Positions 18,460 through 28,006 of a DNA stretch of 64,000 bases are shown here, one piece after another. The translations under genes and the position numbers were made by a program. This DNA is from Candidatus Aenigmatarchaeota archaeon (GTDB lineage: Archaea; Aenigmatarchaeota; Aenigmatarchaeia; QMZP01; QMZT01), in NCBI GenBank assembly GCA_963726265.1, contig CAVSBQ010000002.1, positions 704,001-768,000 of the forward strand. The letters run 5' to 3'. A model generated the notes under the pieces. That model saw nothing but the letters and a program-made list of their open reading frames with translations. It was not told where the DNA came from and ran no database searches. Position 1 is the first letter of the stretch. Each line of letters begins with the position of its first letter.

Positions 18460-21400
18460 TCAGGTTGGCTGGTCTTCGTTCTGCCCGGCGCATGCCAGCG
18501 CAACCGCATACGACCTTGAGTAGCAATCGTCGTTCTTCGGTATGTCTATCTGGAAAGTCCCTTCGGCGACTGCCGACGCCGGTCCAGTATTTAACACCGT
18601 TGTCCTGCGGGAACTTGGGATGATACATCTTCACACTACAGGGACCGCACGCAAGGGTGCGCGTCGGGTTGCTGGCGCCTGCCGCATCGGAGGTGCAGAG
18701 CCTGTCGTATTTCGGCGTCCATGTGCTCCTGTTGGTTTCTATGGCTATCTGCTGCGGATCGTTAGACGGGCAGGAACACCACCAGTATGTTATGTCCACC
18801 ATCATGCCGTTGCATGCGCCGCCGCTCACGTCGGTTGCCATTATCCATATGTCATCAGTCGCCGTGTAGACATAGCCCCATTTAGGACTCATGTCGTGGC
18901 CCGTGTTCACTTGGATTTCGCAGCTGCTCATGCATCTGGCATCGCACTTGGTTATCACGGGCGTGCAGACGCCGCATGCGCAGTCGCTGCACGTTCCGTA
19001 GTCAGGGTAATCATACCAGTCCGCTCCTACGCATCCGTCCTGCTGGCATGTGCAGTCGGCGTTCGAGCCGCATCCAGCTCCGCACACGTCCTTGACGCAA
19101 TAGCTGTTCGTGCCGGGCGGAGAGCAGCTGGGCGTGCATGATGTGCAGGCGCAGTTGGCATTGCACGTATTGGCGCAGGAGTTCGTCACTGTAGTCGAAT
19201 CCATTATCTTGTCGCTGTCATACTCCACGAGGATATTCCCGCTGCAGTAATCGTTATACGTCTGCGAACAAGTCGATGCACTGCAATCCCCATTGACCGC
19301 GCATGTCGCACCGCACTGAACCCTTAACGCACGCATACGTGAACGGGTCATAGCCGCATCCGCACGAAGCACCGCAGTCACCGTAAGCGTCCCTCGTGCC
19401 AAGTTTGTAGCCTGAGCACTGGGACGTCGTCTGTGAACAGAATATGTTATTGAACGTATTCGGCAGCTCGCACTGCTCTCCGGTGCTGGCGTTGACGTTA
19501 CCATCACCACAATATGGCAAAAACTGATGTTTGCAGGAGCAGTTGCTCACGTCACACGTATCAAGCGTATGCACGTTACCATCATCACAATCGCTGTTCA
19601 CTGCGCAACTCGCATTGCACACTCCCTTCACACAATACGTATTCGTCGAAGGCGGATTGCACGTAACAGGGTTTTGTGTGCAATCACAGCCCCCCAGGCA
19701 CGTGTTCGCAGTCGAATTCGTAACATTGGTCGAATCCTTTATCTTATCGCTGTCATATTCCGTGAGCTTGTTTCCGGCGCAATAATCGTTGTATGTCTGC
19801 GAGCAGGTCGATGCGTTACAATCACCGTTAATCGCGCATGTCGCGCCGCACTGACCTTTGATGCAACTGTAACTGAACGGGTCGTTCAAACAACCGCACG
19901 AGTTAGTGCAGTTGCCAAAGCCATCTCTCGTCCCCAGCTTGGTGCCGTTGCACTGGGACGTCGTCTGTGAACAGAATATGTTATTGAACGTATTCGGCAG
20001 CTCGCACTGCTCGGAGCCGTCGACTATGCCGTTGCCGCAGAACTGGCAGTCCTGCCACGTCGAACACTGGTCTGTCCCGCTGCCTTCAATGACGGCGCAG
20101 GTCAGGTTTGCGTAATTGCAAACCTTGTGCGAGCATCTCGGGTCATTATAATTTATCGATGGCGTGCATGAACCCTGATCGCATGCGCATCCCTCGCTGC
20201 AAGCGCCCTGTACTGGATAATCGTAATAATCCTTTCCTACGCATCCGTCATGCTGGCATGTGCAATCATCATTCGAATCGCATTGCGCATCGCAGATGCC
20301 CTTGACGCAATACGTGTTTGTTTCCGGAGGCGAACAGTCCGCATCGCAATCAGTGCACGCGCATCCTTCGGTGCAGGAATTGGCGCAGGAATCCGAAACA
20401 TTTGTCGAATCCATAACCTTGTCGCTGTCGTATTCCGTGAGCTTCATGCCCGTACAGTAATCATCATACGTTTCACAACACGTCGAGTTTGTGCACCCGT
20501 GGATGGAATCGCACTCGGCGCCGCAGCTGACATTGCACGTGTGCGTAAGCGACTGCGAGCCCGTAGTGCAGCTGTCCGTTTCATCGTTGCATATGCTTAT
20601 GAAACCCGCGCCATAATCCCATGTGAAATTTATGCTGTCGGGGTTGTTGAAGCATGTCGCGACCTCGTCTATGTCGTATTGGCTGCAGTCAACAAGCGTT
20701 CCGCCGACGCAACCAAGCTCCACATCGCAGGTCTCCTGGCCGTTGCACCAAAGTCCATCGTCGCATTCTAAGTCGTCGGGAGTGTGGCTGCACATGTCAT
20801 TTATCTCGTCGCACGAGTCATGGGTGCATGCCGTTTCATCAGAGCAGTCCCTTTCGCTTCCGCCGCAGGTACCAGCAGTGCAGACATCGTTATCAGTGCA
20901 CCACAGACCATCGTTACAGCTAGTTCCATTTTCTTTGTTCCTCGTAGCGCCGGTATTAATCCATTTCGTATTGGTCACGCTGTAATAGCAGTCAACCGCA
21001 GGCGAAGTCCCGCAATTGTAATCCCTGTATTCCTGCTTCTTCTGTTCCTTCTCCTTGCACACGCCGTTATCCACCCACTGCGTTTCGCTGGTGTTATACC
21101 AGCCGTCAAGAGAGTTGCAGTTTACGGTTGTTCCGGCGCTGCACATACAAGTCGAGCACCAGCCGCAGGTTCTCCCCGTGTGTTTGATGCTGCCGTCGCA
21201 ATAATCGGCGCAGTCGCCGTTCTTGTCGCACTCAGCGCCGCACACGTCTTTCACGCAATACATGTTCGTCGAAGGCGGGTTGCACGTGACAGAATTCTCC
21301 GTGCAGTCACATCCCTCCAGGCACGTGTTCGCAGTCGAATTAGTAACATTGGTCGAGTCCATTATCTTGTCCGAGTCGTACTCGGTCAGCTTCTTTCCGG

Positions 21401-23516
21401 TGCAATAATCATTGTAAGTATGCGAGCAGGTCGATGCGTTACAATCACCGTTAATCGCGCATGTCGCACCGCACTGACCGTTAACACACGCATACGTGAA
21501 CGGGTCATACTCGCAGCCGCAGCCTTCGTCGCAGTCGCCTAAGGCGTCCCTGGTTCCAAGTTTGGTGCCGCTGCACTCGGTTGTCTGTTGCAAACAATAA
21601 GAGTTGTCAAAGGTGTTCGGCAGCTCGCAATCCTCGGAGCCGTCGACTATCCCGTTGCCGCAGAACTGGCAGTCATTCCATGTCGAACACTCATCTTCAT
21701 CTTCGCCTGCAATGGGTGTACATGCCAGCTGGCCGTAATTGCATGTCATGTGGTAACAGTCGCTGCTGGTTTCGCACGCATCTCCCTGAAGATACTCTGG
21801 GACATTGTCGCATGTGAGCGCATTATAATTGCATATGTCGTGCCTGCAGTCCGTATCATTCCAGTCTATGAGTCCGTCGCAGTCGTTGTCATACGTGTCG
21901 TTGCATATTTCCTCGGAGCCGTTGAAGCCGTGAACCGTCACATGAGTTTCCGGGAACGGCATGAACTGGCTCGAGCCGTTATAGTCTTTATATGAAACGC
22001 CGGAGCTGGGATAGACGTTCGTAAGATTGTAGCCAAGCTGATTGACATAAACATCGAATTGCAAATTGGCAGTCTCATTTATGTTTATTATGCCAAGGTC
22101 GCATGTCACCAATCTCGTGACAGCGTCGTAAGAGCATTCTGGCGGCAGCGTGGACTCGTTGAGCACGACATACGCCGGCAGGTAGTCGTAAACAAAAACA
22201 TTGCTGGCGGCGATGGTCGTGACATGTTGTGCTATGTCCTCGTAAATCGCCTCGAGATCGCTGCTGTCCGGCGCGTAATAATAGTCGCCGCCGGTTATGT
22301 TCGCCACGTACTCCATAAGCGTCTGGTTGGCGGTTTCGCCTAGAGCGATGGTATAAATTGTTATGCCCGCGTCCTTCGCCTCGTTCGCCCTTGCAAACAC
22401 CTTGTTGTGGCAATCGCTTGGCGGGTTGCTCATGCCGCAGTTGTTGTTGCCGTCTGAAAGCAGGACTTCTATCCACTTGACCTCAGGCCTGCCATCGGTG
22501 ACAAGCTCTTTGTTCGCAAGCTCAAGCGCATGGCTCATGTTCGTCCATCCGCCCGCGGACATGGCGCTTATCTTGTCCTTAACGGCCTGCTTGTCAAACG
22601 TGAGTGTCTGGTCCAGGGTTGCGACAGTTGAAAATGAAACCAGTCCGGCCTTGTCATTCGTTTTAAGAAGGCCAGCGAATGTCTTGGCAGCATTCTTGGC
22701 GTCGCCTATCGGCTGGTAATCGCTTATCGTTCCGTCCCAGCCGTCGTCGTCCATGCTGCCGGACTTGTCGAAAACAATAATAACGTCTATCGGGTAATAC
22801 TGGCCGCACGCGTCGCCTTTGCCTTCAACCTTAAGGTTTATCGCGGTTTTTTGGCATGTGGCCTCGCCGGGCAGCGCGCTCTTGCTTATCTGGAGATATG
22901 GAGGGATGCAGTCTTCCCTGCAGTCCTGATCAGTGGCACAGGTGTTATTCCCCTTGCCGTCTATTATGACGCATGACCAGTCACGGCATTCGGAATGGAT
23001 GCACTGGTTAAAATTGGAGCATTCATCGGCCTGGTTTCCGGCCGCCGGAGTGCATGCCTGCTGGCCGTAATCGCAGCGCATGTAATAACAATCGGTATTT
23101 GATGCGCAAGTGTTTGGGCCTTCGCCGGAGACCTGTACGCATGCCATATTCAAGCATGCCATATGATATTTTGGAACGCACTGGGCGATAGTCCCGCCGC
23201 CCCCTCCACCACCTGAAGAGAAGCCAGAAGCAAGGCCAGAGCTGCCCGAGCCTGAACTGCTGCTGGAGCTGCCGCCTGTCTGCTGAGTAGTCGTTGTCTT
23301 GGGGGGAGGAGCTAACGTCCCTTCAGAGTCGCCGCCGTTTCCTGTCTCCTGAAAATTCAGAATTTCGACATTATTGCCGCCTCCCGTATCGAGAACGGCA
23401 TCCGTTGCTTTTCCAGAACTTGGCTTCAAAATAGCGACTGAAGCAGCGCATAAAACGAGCACTAAAATTACCAGACTATATTTGACAAAACCCTTGCTCA
23501 AAATACCCTTGAACAT
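18460..23516 (-). CDS. Large secreted vWA plus Cys-rich repeat surface protein (frameshifts near 19320 and 18570)
   Basis: N-terminal hydrophobic leader, Ser/Gly linker, vWA (VFDKSGSM, TN, LLSDG), a MopE-like EEICN..DNDCDGLID motif and repeated Cys-rich units. The 19254..23516 ORF continues in the 18422..19510 frame and ends ...QNEDQPT* before a T-tract. Confidence 0.85.
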
Positions 23517-23581
23517 AGCATCAGCTCCTCACTTCTATCTAGTGTAAATATAAAATTTAAATAAGGTATGTTTTCCAAGAT

Positions 23582-24007
23582 TTACATCGCCTCCGGCTTT
23601 TTGCACCAGCCGCAGACGACGTTTTCCGGTTTGAAGTGGAAGCCGCCCCTCTTTTTGGTGAGCTGCCCCTTGACGTCCATGAAATGCTTGCAGTTCTGGC
23701 AGGATGTCGTGAACATCACGCCGCGCTCGTCCTTCGGGCACGTTATCATCCATCCGGAAGCTCCTATTTTGTCAATTTCGTCAAGCAAATCCTCGTGCCC
23801 GTTGTTGACCATGACCTCGGGTTCGCGGAACAGCTTGTAGTTCATCCTGACCATTTTTTTTCGTTCCAGGATGCCAAGCATCCTTTCAGTGTATTTCTGG
23901 TTGAAATCAAGTATCCTCGCTATCGTGCTCACAGGCATCCTCTTGTTCAGCAGCACGAGCTTGAAGGCGAGGTCGACGCCCGTTTTGACCGTATGGTCCT
24001 CATCCAT
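23582..24007 (-). CDS. Winged-HTH-like protein with C-terminal Cys cluster
   Basis: MPVSTIARILDFNQKYTERMLGILERKKMVRM (wHTH-like), then C..., CQNCKH and CGWC. Confidence 0.65.
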   Translation of the reverse strand: MDEDHTVKTGVDLAFKLVLLNKRMPVSTIARILDFNQKYTERMLGILERKKMVRMNYKLFREPEVMVNNGHEDLLDEIDKIGASGWMITCPKDERGVMFTTSCQNCKHFMDVKGQLTKKRGGFHFKPENVVCGWCKKPEAM

Positions 24008-24137
24008 AACATCACCACTTATCCCGTTTAAAGCGATTTGAGAGCAGTTTGGTTATAATCTTCTTGGTAGAAAGCTTTAAATACCTATATTTTTTTAGTC
24101 CTCATAAGTAGTGATAAAATTAACGTTTACGTCATTT

Positions 24138-24479
24138 TCAGAGCAGTTTGAGCCTGCCTGTTATGCGGTCAAGCCTTCCCTCTTCAGCAGGCCCTATGCC
24201 CATCGCCGTCACGGTGCCCGGCTCCAGCTGGGTTTTGCCCGCGTCGCGGATGACGGCGTATGGCAGTTTCGCCTCTTTTGCCAGCTCCTTTATTGCCATC
24301 AGTTCCTTTACGTCGCTTGCGGCGACAACGACCTTCTTCATGCCTTCCGCCTCCCATGCCGAGACGTCGTCCGCATCCGCTTTCTTGTAGGCCTCCAGCG
24401 ACGCGTGCGCCGCCTGCGCAGCGAGCTTGCCCTTGTCCATCTTCAGGTCCTTGCGGACGACGATGACTTGCTTGTACAT
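24138..24479 (-). CDS. pth2: Peptidyl-tRNA hydrolase Pth2
   Basis: KQVIVVRKDLKMDKGKLAAQAAHAS, DAGKTQLEPGTVT, GPA...TGRLKLL. Confidence 0.97.
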   Translation of the reverse strand: MYKQVIVVRKDLKMDKGKLAAQAAHASLEAYKKADADDVSAWEAEGMKKVVVAASDVKELMAIKELAKEAKLPYAVIRDAGKTQLEPGTVTAMGIGPAEEGRLDRITGRLKLL

Positions 24480-24617
24480 GTTATTTTAGAATTGGCGTAA
24501 GGCAGATATAAATTGAAATGAATATATAATTTAGATATTCAAAATAATGTGTATAATCTGCAATATCTGTAATAGCACAAATTGGGCATGGAGTAAAAAC
24601 AACACAGAGGTGATGCG

Positions 24618-24806
24618 ATGGGCATTTTGGAAGACATGGTCAAGGACAAGGAAGAATTCCTGGCGAAGCTGCTCGAAATCCTCGAGGGCAAGGAGACGAA
24701 GACAAAGGTAAACCTCAACGGCGTCGAGTTCAAGATAGGCAGCTCCAAGGTCAAGGTCAGCGGCAACGTGGAGTTCGTCATTGTCCCATTCGAGAAGAAA
24801 AAGTAA
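24618..24806 (+). CDS. Small hypothetical protein
   Basis: 62 aa, preceded by SD-like GAGGTGA, with typical codon usage. Confidence 0.7.
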   Translation: MGILEDMVKDKEEFLAKLLEILEGKETKTKVNLNGVEFKIGSSKVKVSGNVEFVIVPFEKKK

Positions 24807-24820
24807 GCCAGTAATGCGGG

Positions 24821-25093
24821 TTGATGAACATGGACATTCTTGGTGATATTTTCAGGACTATCGTCGGCAGGGCGCATTTCATGATTTACATGAGGAATGT
24901 GCCAGCCGCAGAGATAGAGCTCAATGACAAGGAAATTACGGTCAGCATCGTGAACCCTATTGCGGCCGTCGAACTCGGCCTGGAGGAATTTCTTTCTAAA
25001 AAAGGGGCGCAGGACATAGAGGCGATAAAGAAGATAAAGGAGGCGGGCTACAGGATAAAAGTGAAATACAAGATGCTGGAAATGGAGCTTTAG
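24821..25093 (+). CDS. Small hypothetical protein
   Basis: 90 aa, closely follows the previous ORF on the same strand. Confidence 0.7.
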   Translation: MMNMDILGDIFRTIVGRAHFMIYMRNVPAAEIELNDKEITVSIVNPIAAVELGLEEFLSKKGAQDIEAIKKIKEAGYRIKVKYKMLEMEL

Positions 25094-25115
25094 CTTCGAA
25101 AGCGGAAAGCGATTT

Positions 25116-25613
25116 CTAATAGACAAGCGAGAATTCCAGTTTTGCAATCCTGTCATTGTACAAGCAATACCTTTCAAGCGGGACAACCATCCTGTTTTCC
25201 GCCTTGGAGCCTATGGTGCCGTAAGACGTCCCGTTGAGGTCGGTGAGGTTGAAAAAGAAGTCATACCCGCCAGTCAGAATGTTTCTCGTCATGTTGTAGT
25301 CCGCGCTCCCCATGGCCAGCAGGTAGGAGACTTTCGTCGCATTCAGCACGTTCTCTTCGGAAGCGAGACCTATGACGCTGACATCCGATGGATTCCAGTC
25401 CTCGGGAAGCCCCTTTGTCCGGACGAGGGCGTCCGAAACCGAGAGCGCCGTGTTTTCAAGGTCATCGAAAATGAGCTGCTGCTGGTTCTGGGTGTTGACG
25501 TAGCTCCATATGAAAAAAAGCGGTATGAGGACGAGCATGAAGATGACGAACGACGTGGCAAAATCCAGCGACCACACCTGCGCCTTCCTGCGTTTTACGC
25601 ATGCTCCATTCAT
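25116..25613 (-). CDS. Class III signal peptide (type IV pilin-like) protein
   Basis: From ATG 25613: KRRKA|QVWSLDF followed by a hydrophobic helix; GLPEDW...IGLA motif. Confidence 0.8.
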   Translation of the reverse strand: MNGACVKRRKAQVWSLDFATSFVIFMLVLIPLFFIWSYVNTQNQQQLIFDDLENTALSVSDALVRTKGLPEDWNPSDVSVIGLASEENVLNATKVSYLLAMGSADYNMTRNILTGGYDFFFNLTDLNGTSYGTIGSKAENRMVVPLERYCLYNDRIAKLEFSLVY

Positions 25614-25993
25614 GATATCACGACCACGCCGTTGACGTTCGAGAGCGTGTTTTCGCCCTTCGCCAGGCTTCCCGTTATGTTCGGAGTGAGCAGCCTGTCC
25701 GAATAGGAATTTTCGCTCACGGTGAGCCACAGCATGCTGCCTTCTATCTGGATGGTGTAGTTTTGCGTGCCTATCTTCCCAGGCACCGCGAAACCTATGT
25801 AAAAGCCGTCGCCTTCCAGGTAGGCGGTGTTTATCATGTCCGACGCGAGGTTCAGTATCCTTCTCGCCTCGAAATCGACAGATGCTTTTTCGGCATTCGC
25901 GACGCCGTTCCATGCGGAAAGCGCGACCACCGTAACTCCCATGAGGAAGACCCCGAATATGAACATGAATTCCAGAGCGACCTGCGCCTTCAT
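25610..25993 (-). CDS. Class III signal peptide (type IV pilin-like) protein
   Basis: MKA|QVALEFMFIFGVFLMGV (QxxxE motif). Confidence 0.82.
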   Translation of the reverse strand: MKAQVALEFMFIFGVFLMGVTVVALSAWNGVANAEKASVDFEARRILNLASDMINTAYLEGDGFYIGFAVPGKIGTQNYTIQIEGSMLWLTVSENSYSDRLLTPNITGSLAKGENTLSNVNGVVVIS

Positions 25994-25994
25994 G

Positions 25995-26636
25995 TCATTT
26001 CCCCCTCTGGAGCTTCTGGTGTTCAAGATACGAGTAAACCACGGCGTAGGCCATGAATACGATCATCGGGGCAAGGACCAGCACTATCGCGTAATCCGGC
26101 GCCAATATGCCGAGGCATGCGATTATGCCGGCGGCCCTGAACAGCCTGCCGCCCAGGCGGTGGGTCTTGTCCCACACTTTCTCGCTGCTCATGGTCCATG
26201 GAGTTCGTATGCCGATGAACCAGTTCTGCTTCGCATTTGCCACGAGAATGCCGCAGTAGTAGAAAAGGATGCCGAAAGCCGGAGACATGGCCTGCATGAT
26301 ATTGAATGACGTCCCTGTACTCCATATTATGGTTAGAAGGTGGATGTAGAGCATGAACGCAAGCAGCATCACGATGAACCTGTCGTAGTGCTTCCTGAAC
26401 TTGGCGACATTCGCCTTAAGCGGGTCTATTTTCGGTATGGCTACCAGAAGCAGGAGCATGGCCGCTGACATCACCGGGACTAGGAACAGCGCCCAGAATT
26501 TAGGCATGTAACCATCGACTTCGCCGCGTTCGTTCCAGTGCGACGCCATTACGTCCGGCATCTGGCCGTAGAAATACACGCTTGCAGCAAAGGTGAGCAG
26601 CACTACGCAGACCGCGGCGATTTCAATTATTTTCAT
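25995..26636 (-). CDS. SdpI/DUF1648 family membrane immunity-type protein
   Basis: PDVMASHWN..GEVDG, QNWFIGIRTPWT...VWDKTHRLGG, multiple TM helices. Confidence 0.9.
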   Translation of the reverse strand: MKIIEIAAVCVVLLTFAASVYFYGQMPDVMASHWNERGEVDGYMPKFWALFLVPVMSAAMLLLLVAIPKIDPLKANVAKFRKHYDRFIVMLLAFMLYIHLLTIIWSTGTSFNIMQAMSPAFGILFYYCGILVANAKQNWFIGIRTPWTMSSEKVWDKTHRLGGRLFRAAGIIACLGILAPDYAIVLVLAPMIVFMAYAVVYSYLEHQKLQRGK

Positions 26637-26667
26637 AATTTCACACATTTTCTGTTTTGCTGTGATA

Positions 26668-27072
26668 TCAGGCGAGCGTTACGTTAACGTAGCTGCCTTC
26701 CGCCTTTATCAAAACCCAGTAGAGGCCTTCGCTGGCCGGAATGTCTCCCTGCAGTGGCGCTATCGACGTCGCGAAAACGTCAACCGGGCCGGAATTCGAC
26801 GTCACGCGCATGTTTATCTCGTTCCCGGAGATGTTTATGTATTCGACGCCTCTGGGTATGTACACCTCTATTTTGACCCGCGCATCCATCCTCTGGGAAT
26901 ACACGAGGTCCGCCTTCTTGGCGATCTGGGTCACCGCGTTTTTTGCGTAAGAAAGCACGAACTGGTCGTTTGTCTGGTTCTGAACCTGGAACAGGTATAC
27001 CCAGATTGGCGTGATGAAAGCGAGAATGAAAATGACCATCACCATGAATTCGAAGGCCGTCTGTCCCCTCAT
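26668..27072 (-). CDS. Class III signal peptide (type IV pilin-like) protein
   Basis: From ATG 27072: MRG|QTAFEFMVMVIFILAFI. Confidence 0.82.
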   Translation of the reverse strand: MRGQTAFEFMVMVIFILAFITPIWVYLFQVQNQTNDQFVLSYAKNAVTQIAKKADLVYSQRMDARVKIEVYIPRGVEYINISGNEINMRVTSNSGPVDVFATSIAPLQGDIPASEGLYWVLIKAEGSYVNVTLA

Positions 27073-27123
27073 GCTTAATCTTTGTTCTGCCCAGAATAAA
27101 AAAGCTGTCGTGAAAAAAATACA

Positions 27124-27266
27124 TGGGGCCGCTGGGATTCGAACCCAGGTATGCGGGTATCTCTCTTTCACAGGATATTCCTCAAAATACCCTCATCGCT
27201 CCAATAATGCACAATTGTGCATTTTCAACTGGAGCCCGCCAGGATGCCGGACTACCTCACAGCCCC
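27124..27266 (-). tRNA. tRNA-Trp(CCA) with 70-nt intron at position 37/38 (intron 27159..27228)
   Basis: Acceptor GGGGCTG/CGGCCCC, anticodon arm GCGGG-CTCCAG|A-CCCGC, T-arm CTGGG-TTCGAAT-CCCAG. Confidence 0.92.
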
Positions 27267-27328
27267 ATGCGTATTTAATTGATGCGTAAATGCTTTATAT
27301 TTTTGTTCAACTCTTTGACCTGGCTTCA

Positions 27329-27445
27329 CGAGCCCGGCGCGATTCGAACGCGCGGCCTCCAGCTCCGCAAGCTGACGCTCTAGTGCCAGACGAAAGGACG
27401 AAGGCGAAGTCTGCGTCGTCTGACTTCCGGCTGAGCTACGGGCCC
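27329..27445 (-). tRNA. tRNA-Arg(GCG) with 43-nt non-canonical intron in the D-loop (intron 27383..27425)
   Basis: GGGCCCG/CGGGCTC acceptor, GCTC-AGCCGGA|TA-GAGC D-arm after splicing, TCAGC-TTGCGGA-GCTGG anticodon arm, GCGCG-TTCGAAT-CGCGC T-arm. Confidence 0.9.
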
Positions 27446-27474
27446 GTCCAGCGTAAGACACAGGCAAGCCTGTG

Positions 27475-27966
27475 TCAGTTCACTGGCTTATTAATTAATT
27501 CAAATGGGAAATAAAAACAGCTTATTTCTCGAGTCTGACCGTTTTCGAGCAGTTTCCGATTAACTCGCCGCTCTTCCAGAGCTTCCATGACGATGTCGTA
27601 ATCACCGGGCGCAACGCCCGCGCAGCCGTAGCAGCTCGGCATGCGGAAGACGAAGGTTTCGTTCGTTCCCAGCATCCCAACGCTCACGTTCCTTTCCTCG
27701 TTTACCCTGTAATTTCCCCTGCTGTCAGGGATGCCGTAAAGTTTCAGCGTCACGACATCATCCTCCGGGAGAGTCACGCTTACGTTTATTTCCATTTCCT
27801 CCGCGGAGCGGTAGACTTCCTTGTCAGCAGACATGCTCATTTCAGGCTTGTTTATTGCTGTCATGCCGGTGTCATTCGCCTTCGTAACAAGCACCGAAAA
27901 AATTATGGCCGTGGAAAGTAAAACCAGCATCGCCGCGATGGCAAATTTTCCCAGACGTTTAAACAT
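27475..27966 (-). CDS. Secreted or membrane-anchored Ig-like domain protein (probable frameshift near the 3' end)
   Basis: N-terminal TM, then SADKEVYRSAEEMEINVSV...PSCYGCAGVAPGDY. An alternative frame gives a cleaner end (KSGELIGNCSKTVRLEK*). Confidence 0.7.
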   Translation of the reverse strand: MFKRLGKFAIAAMLVLLSTAIIFSVLVTKANDTGMTAINKPEMSMSADKEVYRSAEEMEINVSVTLPEDDVVTLKLYGIPDSRGNYRVNEERNVSVGMLGTNETFVFRMPSCYGCAGVAPGDYDIVMEALEERRVNRKLLENGQTREISCFYFPFELINKPVN

Positions 27967-28006
27967 GTTTTTACCTTTATTATCCACCAATTTTATTTAA
28001 TATATT

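Noticed and set aside
27011..27514. Short ORFs across the tRNA genes
   Set aside because: They overlap two well-formed tRNAs and have no protein-like features.
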